Of a DNA stretch of 64,000 nucleotides, positions 1 through 14,233 are shown one piece after another. The notes below the pieces were generated by a model. The model ran no database searches, had not been told where the DNA came from, and was given only the letters and a program-made list of their open reading frames with translations. Numbering within the stretch: position 1 is the first letter of the stretch; each line of letters opens with the position of its first letter. The position numbers and the translations under genes are program-made. Origin of the DNA: Eledone cirrhosa (taxonomy: Eukaryota); NCBI GenBank assembly GCA_964016885.1, contig OZ024740.1, forward strand, positions 199,578,001 to 199,642,000, given 5' to 3'.

Positions 1-836
1 CTTAACCAATGTGAGTGTTTTAGCGCAATTGATAGCTCTGAGAAGAAGTGGTAAACTGATGGAGGGGTAGTAATTATTGATGTCGAATTGGATAAAACAG
101 CAATGTTCCTTATTGCATATGCCGTTGAACCAATTAATCACAGCGAAATAATCGTTCCACATTGCAAGAGGGGCCAACATCTAATTTCAGGTGTAATTCT
201 ATCTAAAAGCCCTTTACTAAGTCTACCTAAATCGGACTTCATAGGGTTAATAAGCCGAATAGAGGGGTTGTACGGGAAATTCGATTTGTGATCCTTCAGG
301 GTAAAGTGGGAAGAAATAGGGTCCAGAGGTTCAGTCCGGTCTAGGATGTTGTGATCAGAGGTGATTTTAAACACAGCATCGTTGATTTCATTAATGACGC
401 GCCGATTAGTTTTATGGTAATCCTTAGTTACAGCATTATGTAGCAGTTGATGGTAGGTAATGCGCTCCACTTGATATAGACTGCTAGTTTTGTCGGAGTG
501 GACGTGCGCAGCATTAGAATCCTTAATAGAACGAATTCTATTTTTCAGGTCCTGCTGGAAGGAATTGCTCCTATACCGAAATTTGATACTATGTATGAGC
601 TCCAGGACATCATTTTCGAAGGGTAGCAATGTTAAGTTATTCGAAGGGTTATTATAGGTTTTAAACCCAAATTTATCCTGTTTGTTGTCTGCTTTTCCCT
701 GATTATCGGAATAAAAGGCACGCTAACGCAACCTTTTAATGAACGCGTCTGTTTTCTTTATCAGGAGTTTTGGGTATGTTTTCCTTCTTGGTACTGGTAT
801 GTTCTTTGTAGAAATATTCAGATGTTGTTTCTGCAT
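1..836 (-). pseudogene. Decayed Penelope-like element (PLE) ORF, N-terminus through RT motif A; continues off the window start
   Basis: Manual translation from ATG at 836: MQKQHLNISTKNIPVPRRKTYPKLLIKKTDAFIKRLR*RAFY...FGFK, then PFENDVLELI...SDKTSSLY...FTLKDHK...IRLINP (ORF 138..629), then after a frameshift near 160 VINWFN...CCFIQFDINNYYPSIS (FD-x-x-x-YPSI is PLE RT motif A). One TAG stop and two frameshifts. Confidence 0.85.
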
Positions 837-1585
837 GATGAATATAAGTCAATAGCGCCATTGCGAGAGAACGTCTCCATGAACCACCTAATAGAATATT
901 AGTCTACGACTTCATTTATATCATAAACGTGGTTTTGTCTTTGCGTGTAATTATTTTCACCGCTCCAAATAATGACGTATTATCTTCGTTTTTTTCCGTT
1001 CTTTGCCAGGGAACGTTTCCACGAACCAAAGTATCGTCTTCCTTCGGTTGCAACGTTTTTTGAAATATTCACTTCTGCGTTCACAGATTGACTTTTTTAG
1101 TTTCAGAAGATCCCGTTACGGGTGAAAACAGAGATTATTTGCCTAAACTTTGTTATTTTAATAAGTATTTGGTCTACGGTTCTTATATATTTTATATATA
1201 TTTATCCTTATCGAGCCCTCTTTGCATTTTAGTCTTCACATTTATTATTATTTCTCTCTCTATATATATATATGATTTAACGTCGTGATTTCGATTACTA
1301 GACAGAGCAGCGGAATGTGTTATTTGACAATGGCTTTTATATAATGTTACTCCGGTCGACTCTAATTTTAAGAATGCGTTGCTTCGCCACTAGTACTATG
1401 CTTAATAGACCTTTGCATTTTCTTTAATCAACATTGCTGGTGTACTGAGTAAGGAACTGTTATGAATGGACGAATGCTCGTCTTACAAAAATTATCATTC
1501 TAAGGCTTGTCACTTGAAACGGAGCTGGAGCTTGTCAGACATGACTAAAGGTATTTCATGCCATGCCATGTCATGTATTTAAGTG

Positions 1586-1633
<48 letters not shown>

Positions 1634-4325
1634 AGAAAGAGAGAGAGAGGGCGAGGGAGAGAGAGAGACAGACAGAGAGAAGGATAGTGTCTCTACAAAT
1701 TTTAGCGAAAATAATTCTATATAACGACATGCACGGATACGTGATGGGTTCACGATGATAAGATTGTGGTTTCTAGACACAGCCACTTCATGTCAGGTTG
1801 TTTCAATTAAGACAGTTAAAAATTAGTACCAGCAGCATATGAGTGTTAATCTTGCAGCAGACTAGCGCATCATCGAAACATAGAATCCATCCTATTAATT
1901 GTTCATCTAACTCAGTTGCACATTACAAATATAAGCTGCTAGTTTGTCTTACGAGCCCGATTGAAGTCATTTTGTGATCTCATTGGTTGCTGGAAAGAGC
2001 AGCTAAATATTTCCCATATTACATTTTGATGTCTTAAGATATTAAAGAACACATTCACGGAGTTGGTCTGACAGATGATTTGATCATATGCATTCTGTAT
2101 AAGGACAGACCTGGGGCTGAATAATAATAACAAAATATTTGAATATCCATTTAATTTGGTTCCACATTCCTAATCCTTAATTTCCATCTGTTGCCTGTAA
2201 CACCTAATCCTCCAATATCAGTCGTCAACCTGCCACTGTTAATCATTGAATACGTCAACTTACAATTCTATGGAGTTATTTGTCATCTTTGGATATTTAA
2301 TCCTTGTCATACTAATCCGGCCAAAGCCGCATCTGGTACTATTTAACAAAACCAATCTGTTTAAAGTGACCTTAACCTTAAAATTAAATTCCAACATAAA
2401 TTTATATAAATCACTTTTAGTCTATGTTACAAATAATATTTTAATAATGAAATAATTGATTATTCTAATAAGTCCTTCTAAATCCTTCATTAAATTATTT
2501 CTAAATATCCCTTTTTTAAACACAATATCTATGTCGGTATGTTTACTGATGTGAAAAGCTATGCATCAAGGATTTATGAACGGCAAACAATCAATGTCTA
2601 ACACTAACCACACAGATCACATTAATAGTATTTCAGCCAATCCTTTCCGAACCTGAATGATCGACCAATTTAGTTGATTTTGACATGAAGTTTTCTCCTG
2701 ACAATTGTAACTGCAATGAATATTCACGTATGGATCAACCAGCTTAGTGAGTTGGATCACTCTGGAATAATTTGTCTTGTCCAAATTCAAAATACGCCGT
2801 CTCATATGGCAATCGAGCACATCACTTTCCGATCGTAAACCATTAATTTTAACCACTAAGTCCCATGCTTTCACAAATGCAAAGAAATAGAGAAATAGTA
2901 ACCCGTACAATTATAGTATAGTGAGGATTATTATTTCAAAATGTATCGAAATCAGCTGAAGAGGAGATGGAATCTCGCAGATACTAGAAAGATCTTAAAC
3001 AAACTTTGAAAAATATTATTAAATCATAAATTAGGAACATTGGTCGCTTCAGCAATCATTCAATAAATATATATCCTTTAGCAAGCTGTGTGTTTTCCAA
3101 TGTATACATCTTTAATTATTTTTGGTTTCTTCCTTTAAAGCAGGTTAGTTGTTATCGCTATGCGTTAATTACTGCTGAAGTTTTAATTATTGAAGAAAAG
3201 GCCAGATAATAATTAGCGAAACTAGCATCATACGAACATCTATGCAAACGATTACACTTTACAGATATTCACTGATTATATTATTAAAAAAAAGGATACT
3301 CGTATTTAATATAGGCACGGCAATTAGTGATAACAGTGTACAGCTCAGGATTATAAATTTGCGCGGTTGTGTGTGTAAACATGACACTTTTCCTTTCATC
3401 CTTACGGGGTCGATAAAATAAAGTACCATTAATGTGCCAAAAGTAGAAACAACTATTTCACATTTCATCTGTCCATTAAGCTGGGAAAAATGCGTTGTAC
3501 CTATATTACAAATGGTTAACTTTGTCCCACGCTATGTCATAATTGATCTCCCTCTGAATAACGTTAAGGTTGCACGTGTCTGTGAAATGCACAGTCACAT
3601 TCACATTAATTTTACGAGTGGGCTTGTTCCACTAATCGTACGACTGAAACATTAGTCGTAAGTCTCATCGTGGGTATAAAAACAATAACAACTTATTTTG
3701 AAATATTAAAAGATCCAATACGCGCAGTGCGTGTAAATAGTATCTTTAGAAGCATTCGCTGTTATTGCTGTTCTTGCATAAATCTTGATATGTAACCGCC
3801 AGCAATCGCCTCTAGTTTACAAAATAAACAAGTTTATTTTCAAGTTATTTTAATATTCAAAGACTAGCTTGGTATTGGTAAATGTAGTTGTATTGATACG
3901 TTCTTCCATATGTCCGAGTTTTTAAGATTTAAACATTCTAGGCTATCACTTTCCTTAGGAATATGATAAGGAAAATGTTAAATGATGGCCATCTCTGATT
4001 CACTCTATCAGTCTTTTCCAATCTGGAGTCTATGAGGTCGTGTGTATTCAATCTTCTGTAGGCATGACCACGTCTAATTTGGTTGATATTTTCAAAGTGT
4101 AAAGTCTGAAAGGGGAGTAATTGTAACGGAGATAGTCAAGAAAAAAAGAACTGTTAAATAAATGGGTATTTGGTAATGAAAATATTACACCTACAGAACT
4201 AGACTTACGATTACATCATTCCAGCGTGAACATCTCTACTTATTTTCAGACCATAATTGCAGGACTATAAGCAGGATGACACACCAGCAGATAGACGCAC
4301 AGATAAATAGATAGATAGATAAATG

Positions 4326-4719
<394 letters not shown>

Positions 4720-4720
4720 C

Positions 4721-4878
4721 TTTAGGTTTGTTGGTTCACCACTGGATAGAATTGATCATTCCGTATGGTCTATCTTGAATGGTGAACTGCACTACGTTGA
4801 TTACTCTCCACAATATTACACCAAGATTGACCATACGGAATGACCATTTCTATCCAGTGGTGAACCAACAAACCTAAA
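4721..4878. repeat. Inverted repeat (57-bp arms, 44-nt loop) abutting (TA)n
   Basis: 4721-4777 is the reverse complement of 4822-4878 with 3 mismatches. Confidence 0.92.
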
Positions 4879-6694
4879 TAAATAATGCTCCAATAATGTT
4901 GACCACTTCCAAATGTAATATTAAACAGCAGCACTGACTTCAGTGTACAGCTATTGCCAGCATGGGATTAACTGATCTACTTACAATTCGGATGTTGGCT
5001 GCTCTGTGCTTTATCTACCACCCACGCGATACTGCTTCCTTGTCGGGAAGATTCGGATTCCGGCAAAACTCTACGTATTATACTAAAACATGTATTGTGT
5101 TGACTGAATTCTCTACTCTATACCTCAGGACCTTTTTGTGACTCACACTGAATTCGGAGACTCGAACTTTACACTAGGTACCACCTGTTACCATTCAATC
5201 TCTTCCATCCTCTATATCTATATGTACAACATGTATTATCTTACTTCAACTTAATCTATATTTTATTTCCCCTTTACTGGGATTTTCCGATACGTTCTTA
5301 TATACTTCCATCTTACTACATCCTTAGTTATCTACTTTTATTACTTTTTTATTAATTTATTAATGTATTTTTATCAATGTATTCTTTATCTTTGTAATTT
5401 ATCTTTGTATCCTGCTTTTATTATTTTTTTGTAACTTTCTTTACTCAGGTCATTATGCACCTTTCATTACACCCTACCCACCAAAGAACCACACTACTTA
5501 TAACCCGGATTAACTGGGACTTTAAAATAATTATGGTCTATTTGCAATTTTCATTCGGTTGCTACCTTCGACTTATGTGGTGGCTTTTCCAGGCTGTGCG
5601 CTGGGCACTCAGAAATTTCAGCCTTCCTTGAGTGCTTGGAAAAATAAATTTCCCCTCTTTCGGTAAACGAAATTACTCGGAGCGGGTGGCTTTGTCACGG
5701 TCCCACCGCGCCGCCTGTTTTGGCCGCCATATTATACTTATGTATAAACTCCAGGCTTAGGCATAACTGTTAGCTGTATCATGCCTCTACTGGCACGTAA
5801 ATAAACCCCTCATGTGTGAATTAATAGTATACGTTTGGTATAGACGATGGCCTGTCGAAATTGTAGACTTCCCGCTAGCACTCCCGGGGCCTAAGGTAGC
5901 TACGTTCCTAGAGTACTCGGAAAATTAATTTCCATTTCTTTCGCTGTACTATACCACTCGTAACTGGCTGACTAGTGATTGGGGGGGGGGGTGGCAGGGA
6001 GTCACAATCGAAATATTTACTCGATATCCCATCCTGATATCTTATCGAGATTAACTTTTCCATATAAGACTCTCTCCGTAAGTTCATTATATAAATCTCG
6101 CCACCTTAACCTTTAATTTTCTAATAATTTATATTTCAATTTATCATTTTGTAATTTAATATGTTTTAACTTAATTTCATTCTATAACTCGTAACATAAG
6201 TTTAACGTTCCAATTTTCGGTTCACACATTAGACCATACAGACACCCATTATATATACCTTTGTTAAATATAGATTCTTTGGGGTAGCATTTTTCGCGGC
6301 GTTTTCTAACATGACTGTAGTGTGACCTTTACGCTGACTTCTTTCTTCCTCTTTTCTTCTTTCTTCCTTTCTCTCTTTCTTCCCCTTTTTCTTAGACGGA
6401 GAGGTGGTAGTGCATTATGAGCCTTCGCCCCCTCACCAGATGGTCTTTAGTAGTTCGAGTTGCCATCACTTTGAGGGAGACTGGGTGAGGTGAAAGCAGC
6501 TAGCTGGTCAGTCGCCCTCTTTGTCTCTGTCTCTGATTTTTCGGACCCAGGGTGTTTTACATATTCCTTTGTTATATTCCAATACCTGATGATATCACCG
6601 GTTTCATATGGAACCTGGTCATTAAAATGATCATAGAATAATAAACCTTTCAAGGATTTACACCAGTCCAGCCTCCTGGTATTTTATTTTATTT

Positions 6695-6962
<268 letters not shown>

Positions 6963-8432
6963 GTAAATAAAACTCCATATTCAGGTGTCAGTTCTACGGA
7001 CTGTTCGATTGCAATATGCATAACAACCTGAAAGTCCAATTAGCAACACGATAACGATATTGCAATGGATATTAATGATGATACTTGTCGCCATAAACGA
7101 AATCAGTAGGTTCATTTAACCAATAAATAACTGAATAACTAGTAATATATCTGTCGTTATTTACCTTGTAATGTCAATCATTTCATTGTTTTCTTTGAGA
7201 GTTATATCGTTACCAGTAAACACTAAACAATGAATCAATTGAATATAATTCATTACAAAAGAATATATCCCGACCCTCCTCACAACTAAATAAGATGAAA
7301 TAAAAACAAGCAAGCAAACAAATGTAGTTTTCTTTCACGAAAGAGCGTCTATCTAATCATGTTGATTAGATTTTCAATCACAAATCAAACATTGAGATTA
7401 TTTTCTCTCTCTAATATTTATTTCATTTTATTTATATTTTATTTACGTCGATGTATTTAGAAGTTTATTTGTATTCTTATTATCTTGAAAACTATCTGAA
7501 ATAAATGATTGTTTTCTGAAGCATTCTTTCTGGAATTATCTCTTATCTACATCGCAGTTCCTCACCCACGTAAACATACTTGCTTCTACAGAAACGTATT
7601 TTTCAATTCACTGTTTGTGATCCTATTTATATTTTATTTTTATTTTTATTTTTATTTTATTTTCAAATATCTATTCATTTCGATCCACTCTGTAAACAAT
7701 GCACGTGTTATTTTCTGAAAAGGAAGAAGAAACCACGGGAAACGAAACGAAATAGAATTAAACAAAAACAAGACAAAGAACTAAATACAAATTTAACGTT
7801 TCCATAGTAATTGCTTTTTCCATAGATTTACTTGCTACTTAAATCCAAGCTTTGTTTAGTACTTAAATTACGCTGTAGTGAAGTCGTTGTTAATGGTTTT
7901 GATGACGATGATCACGATGATCACGAGGCGACTATCAAGGTTGTGGTGGTAATGATGGATTTTAACAAAACAGTAAACAGCCAATCAATAACATCAACAA
8001 ATAGTACATTAATTACAAAAGAATAAAAACAGATATTGACGTATAATAGTTGCTCTACATACACATGGCCACCCAGTTTTAACTCCCCCAAGAAGAAAAC
8101 AAAATTGTGTTGTACTCATATAGTTAGGCCATGTGATGTCAATCAGATGTACCCTCATTTTGCCTGGACAACAAAAAGTAGTAGAATATAATTGCCACCA
8201 AAAGGGAAGGGAATTAAAAGGGTATCTCTTACCCATGAATGCTACACTCTGGACTGAGTGACCATTTGCTCCCCTTTCCGTGGTGCATGGGTGCATTCCT
8301 GGACAGCGTGTTTTATGGAATAATAGCAGTAGCTCATGCATATACGTCTCCTGTCTCCATGATACAGACATTTGTCCAACGTAAAGCCAAAATCCGATAA
8401 TAGTGGCGTATTTGATTAAAAGTACAGGATAT

Positions 8433-8628
8433 CAGACTTGCCAACCTCTAAAAAACCCAAACGGGGAGTACCGTGAATAAAGGTGTCCCAAAACGGAAAG
8501 AAATGATGTATAAAGGGGTGATTTTACAGAATGAAAGCTATACACATTTTCACTAGAAAACACATCTCCCACCCACCCCAAAATGATGGGAGATCCGCCC
8601 GTCGGACGGGGAGAGTTGACATGTTTAG
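8433..8628. mobile_element. Possible short MITE with degenerate terminal inverted repeats
   Basis: CAGACTTGCCAACCT at the left end versus GAGTTGACATGTTTAG at the right end (imperfect reverse complement); no TSD verified. Confidence 0.35.
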
Positions 8629-8660
8629 GATATGAAGTAAGAGATGTTGTTATTTCAGGC

Positions 8661-8842
8661 AAATTAGTGGTTCTGTGTCGTAAATTAGCAGTTTTGTCTC
8701 ATAAAGTAGCGGTTCAGTTTGGTAAATTAGCGGTTCTGTTTCGTAAATGAGCGGTTCTGTTTCGTAAATGAGCGGTTCTGTCTCGTAAATGAGAAGTTCT
8801 GTCTCATAAATGAGCAGTTCTGTCTCGTAAATTTGCAGTTCT
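8661..8842. repeat. 21-bp minisatellite, about 8.7 units (AAATKAGCRGTTCTGTYTCGT)
   Basis: Contiguous units start at 8661, 8682, 8703, 8724, 8745, 8766, 8787, 8808 and 8829, with no spacers. Confidence 0.95.
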
Positions 8843-10799
8843 ATAAAAATGAGATCGGAAAATACGTATCTAACTTGAAGAAATACGTACTATGACACAG
8901 TGACACAGCTTGACTGCAGTCTAATTACTGAAGCCAGTAAATGAATAAAAGAATACATTGTATGTTATTGCTATTGTTTCCACCGCATTTCCAGCCTCTA
9001 ATCATTGTCTTCATATAGAACCTGTGATTCGGCGACTGAGCGTACTACGTGTCACCATTGACCCGATGATCGAGCAAATGGCTGTTTGACAATTTGTGCT
9101 AGCAAGCAACAATAAAAAGGCAACGACTTATTTCTTCTAACGGTTAGAATTACATCAAGTTTACTGTCGTTATGTAACCTGCAGGGTTTGTTGACTCATC
9201 TCAGCGGTGCGTCTTCACAGTCCAATTGTTCGGTGTTGAAACATGTCTCGGCACCACAAATACCACTGTCGCTGCATGAAAAATCGTCCAGTGACCGAGC
9301 GAGTCATCGTGTGATCAGCCAACCGATTAAAAATACCTGGTCGATCAGGCAAGTAGTCACATGCTTTTCTCAAAGCTTAAGCGTTGCATGTATATAAATC
9401 AGGAAATTATCCGTAACGGAAATAAACAATATATAACGACATGCAATAAATAACAAAAGAAAACAACATCATACTTAGGAAGTATCGACCATCAAACGTT
9501 TGAAACAGAATTACAAAAGAGAATACTTCTACAATGAATTATGAGAAAGATGAAAGGCTGGAAATATATAAAGGTTTAAATAATGAATATAACAAAGTAG
9601 GCATACGTAGAAATAGGTAATGTATTACTGCAACTAACATATCAATGAACAACACTCATAGGAAAGGGCGTTCAGGTTAACAGTGGAGAAGCTTAACAAA
9701 TATAAACGAACGTCAATTATTATGGAGGGTACGTTGGGCGATTTGTTGGATAAAATTATAAGGAGGTTGAATATTCCACTGGCAATGTGCTCTAAATATA
9801 ACACCCAAGCCATACGAGTGTGACAAGGCTGGGGCTTTGAATTACAGATAGAAACCATGAGACAGGGTTCAGTTGAATTTTCATCAACCCAATTTCGATC
9901 TCAAGCCTTCGCCCGACCGGAGGTTTTAGTAAAGAAACTTGGTAAATATACTATATGTAGGGTGTAAAGCTGGGATCTCATGCTTACAAATGGACTTCCT
10001 AACAATTCGGCCATACCAGACTCCAACATATCAATATGCCAAAGATAAATCAAATAATGAATGCGACAACAATGTCGGAACAGAAAGAGATCTGCTACCA
10101 GTCAGACCTGGTATATGTAAATATGTAAATGTAAGCAAACAACGCCGGAAGATAAAATTTATAAAAGTGAAACACAGAAAGAGAAATAAATGCTACATAA
10201 ATGTAAAATAATGGAAAAAGATTGCCTGAAATGAAAGCTCACCTAATACAGGAAATCTTCACTAAACCACAAATAATTCGCCGTTATGGAAAAACAGCAA
10301 ATCCTTTTTGAACGTAAAAGCAGTTCATCTCTAATGCAAAAATATTTTATGCGTAAACATATGTAAAAAAAACACAGAAATGGATTCCACGGATTTAGTG
10401 ACATAAGTATGAGACTTAGAAGAGTAATAAAAAGAAGTAATGAATAAATAATATGATAGTCAATACGTAGTATATAAAAAAAGCACATGGGAATATATGC
10501 GAACCTAAGCTATAGCCCGGGAGGCACAGAGAAACAAAGAAATATATTATATATAAGCATAAACTTTTGCAACCTGGATATATATTCAATTATGTATGGA
10601 TAGATTAAGAATCAACCCTTGATAATATTTGCTAAGCTAAGATAACATTAAAAAAAACAAGACTTCCCAAACTACAGATTGTAGAATGCACAACATACTA
10701 TCCATAAAAGCTAAGGTTTCACACATTTCCACACATACACATCTCATAACTATTGTAATAACGCAACCATCATCAACTTAGAATCGTGACCCGTTCCCC

Positions 10800-13140
10800 C
10801 GCTACGTTTAAGATGCTAATTGGGGCCTCAGCCTAGAAACAATGACAATACACCCAAGTTGATTAATAGTGATCCATTTACCGATCACGGACCCCACACC
10901 CATTATCACCACAGGGAGATACATGCAGTACATGCGCCACTATCATGTAGCGGAAGAACGGTCCAAACCTTTGAGGGTGCAGCTATTTCTATCACCTCCC
11001 AGACGTTGGCTTGAGATGTGAGCCATGAATACGCTTTCAGCGAGGAGATGCAGTAACTGTCTCTTCTCCTCGCCTGTGGAACTGCGATCATCCATCACAC
11101 CACAGATGATAAAGCAAACCTGTCCGAAGCTCCATCCTCACTTGTCAACATTTCTCAGCTAAGAGATCCCTCTAAATATCTGAAAAGCAAATTGGGATCC
11201 AGTAACAGATGTCATTACATCTTCAATTGAGAATTTCCAGCACTCCGATCGACCCTGTCATTGGGGACGTCTGTTCTATTTCACTTTGCTCACACTCGGT
11301 ACTCTTAAATCTGGAGCCAATCGTGGCAGCCAGTCGAATCAGCCATTTAGTCAAATGAACCATTCCAATCTTAGATTCAAATATAGAATGCCACCCGCAG
11401 TCTTCTGGCCTACAACGCCACCGGATACTTATCTGCTACGTGTAATTTTCGCGGAAGACATCCTCTTTGTAATGAGGCATTTCTCTGCTCGTAGCACCAG
11501 CGTAGGAGCCGACATCGTCGACCCAGGCACATCAACGATTTGTAGTTATCTCACTCTGCCGAATCATGCGCAGACGGCTGAGTAAAATGGTGGATCTCAT
11601 TAACAGATTCATTCACTGTATCCCCGACCTTTATTTCCAAAGTCTCTTCTTTCAGCCAGCCTGCTTTCTCTCGGGGTTAAAGTGAGCTCATACGTACTAT
11701 AGCTGTCGGCAATATCTTCGGAAGGCTCGCTATCAAGGTAATCTGCAAAAACTGGACGAGGAACTCATCCCGATGCAATATTGTGTCGACGTATTCGATG
11801 GGTGTCACTTGACAGTCCCTCAACGAATGTCCACATGAGCCGGCGCCGGATGAGTCCAGGTATATCGTTAAGCTTGACAGGAGAAATGACTTCAAATGAT
11901 TGATCCGTGAGAACCTGCCCCACGTTTGCTACAGCCGTATCCCGTTTGGCTACCCATCAGTCTACCTGTCGTTTGTGTCTCCGAGCATGATTCACACTGT
12001 ATTTAAGGTCATATCCACTTCAGCCGGCGGTCAACAATGTGATCCATTGGATCCATCCCCTTCGTTCTAAGCGTAGATAACGTTGCTCGTATTATCACGA
12101 CTCCTATCAACGTATGGTACATGGATGATACACACTGATAGCCGGCTCCGATCGTTGGACCCTGCTCTGGCGAGGACATCAATTCAATCACGACCTTCTC
12201 AGTACTCCACATGGACAAAGCTTCTTGATTGAAGACGTTCTCATCGTCAGTTCGCAGTTCCTACCGCTTGCCATTTGCTCCAACCACAGGTCCAGGCGCC
12301 GCCAAGGTCCTGCAAACAAAACGGATATTCATGAATGTGGTTTGGGAAGTGGCCTACGCTCTGTGGATTTCTATTTTCCTTTCCTCTTGAGGTTCAGTCC
12401 AACCAAACTAAATGGGACGCTATCAAATGTGATACGTCCTCGGACAGGCTATGTCAGAAGTTTAACCAACACTCACAACGCTGTACTCTCACTTTTAACA
12501 GGCAATCACCTGACAGCTACTATTTGCACATCAGTCTTTTCCTGAGGCTCAGCCTCCTGATCTATGAGTCACAAATTTGTTCCTGCAGATCCACTGTGGA
12601 CTGTTTTAACCTAAATCCTCTAGCACACCTCTAGTGTTCCAGCCGCCTCACACACCGTACTGCTCTCCACAATATCATGAAGCAGGCATCCATTCTCAGC
12701 TGAGCTCAACGGAGCTGGACCGAGAGGAGTGCAATTGGCCTGATGGCATAACAATCTTCTAGTCCCGCATTGTCAGGCACCACATGAGGGATCCTAAATA
12801 ATGTGACACCTTCTCGAGAAGCAATTGTCGCGTTCGGCGAATAACCAAAGCTTCGCTGGGTAAAATATCGAAGAGGGGAAAATATTGAAATATCGATAGA
12901 TTTGTGACAGGTCAGTGGTCAAACCAGTTCTTCGCTCCCGGAGTACATCTCTGCGCATTACTATACAGGTTGAGTGCACTACCTGCAGGAGCGAGCCTTG
13001 CGTATTGGGATAGCTATGATGGCTATTCCAATGCGTCTCCGTTGCCATCCTCCGGAGCAAGTTTTCTCCATTCTGTCCGCTGAGACAATGAGATGGCCTA
13101 TACATGAAATATATCGATATGACTGTATTTGTACTTTATC
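10800..13140 (+). mobile_element. Heavily decayed CRE-like non-LTR retrotransposon (RT plus restriction-like endonuclease)
   Basis: Collinear + strand relics across frameshifts: IRTIAVGNIFGRLA (~11690), YIVKLDRRNDF (~11860), GGQQCDPLDP (~12025), NVWYMDD (12109-12129), CSCRSTVD...HRTALHNIMKQA (~12580-12690) and WPDGITIF (~12735). These match the IRPIAVG / KLDxxNAF / GVQQGDPLGP / WYLDD / zinc finger / RPDG series of RLE-type elements. Boundaries approximate. Confidence 0.75.
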
Positions 13141-13923
13141 GATCCCATAACAACAACACTTCAATGTTAGTGACTTCTACAATTTTTGGCGGCCTAGGCA
13201 ACATTCTCAAATTAATCTAATGTCACGGCAATAATCATTTTTAAGATCAAGAAACATTAATAAGCATTGGTGCAGTTGTTTGATTAATAGAGCCACCTAT
13301 TCGTGAAACTAATATGCAAGTCCCTGAGGATTCCATTGATACATGCCCCTTAATGAAATTCTGAGTGAGAGTCACCGTGACACAACTCATTTTTCTTCCA
13401 GCAGAGAAGACAGGACAATTAGGAAATAAGATTTATTGCTCAAGGGCACAATATACTGCCCGGAATCAAACTCACAGCCTCACAATTTTGAGTTGAAAAA
13501 CCTATCCATTAAACTATGCACCATTACTGCATTGGAATCGAATGAAATGAAATGGATTAGACATCTTTTGATTTCGAAAATAATTTTCCTGTACTTCGAC
13601 CGAGGGAAAACACAGACTACGAAATTGGCGTGAAAGTGGCTGTGTAATCTAGTGACTCCCGTAACGTATCAGTCTGGGACAAGCTTCCATAATTTCGGTC
13701 TAACCAATTTATTTCACAAGACTTCGGTCGATCCAAAGTTAGAGACGCTTGTCACAGATTAAACAAATAAACCCATGATTTTTAAGCGAATATTTTGACT
13801 CCGCAACCATGCCTGCGTCCTTCATTAAATATATAGCATTTCATAGAAAGCTGCTCGTCCAAACACATGTATAATATTTGGGTTCTTCAACAAGCCATAA
13901 TAACTTGTTTATGTAAAGTAGAC

Positions 13924-14233
13924 CAGTGCTACTCAAAGTGGTGGTCCGCGGACCGGTGCCGGTACGCGAGCCATCAGCTACCGGTACGCGGCCAGTGTCC
14001 AGGCTATGCTAAGGAATCATTTGATGAATTTTTTTATTACTTTTTTATATGTTTTGACATTGCATTATTTGTTTACAAAATTAATAGAAGATAAAAAAAT
14101 GGTCAACTATTATTTTGTTCATTATATATATCGTCTCCGGTATGAATTAATATTACTACGAAATATTAGCGGTACGTGGCACATTGAAAAAAAAAATGCC
14201 GGTCCGTCAAATCAGATAGTTTGTGTAGCACTG
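13924..14233. mobile_element. hAT (Charlie-like) MITE, 310 bp
   Basis: TIRs CAGTGCTACTCAAA / TTTGTGTAGCACTG (13 of 14 match); perfect 8-bp TSD AAGTAGAC at 13916-13923 and 14234-14241. Confidence 0.93.

Noticed and set aside
2957-3000. CTGAAGA followed by a GAGAT/ATCTC hairpin (also CTGAGGA near 42731) as hammerheads
   Set aside because: No GAAA adjacent to stem II and no stems I or III; chance matches.
8661-8842. Regular 21-bp repeats as a CRISPR array
   Set aside because: Units are contiguous with no unique spacers, there are no cas genes and the context is eukaryotic; it is a minisatellite.
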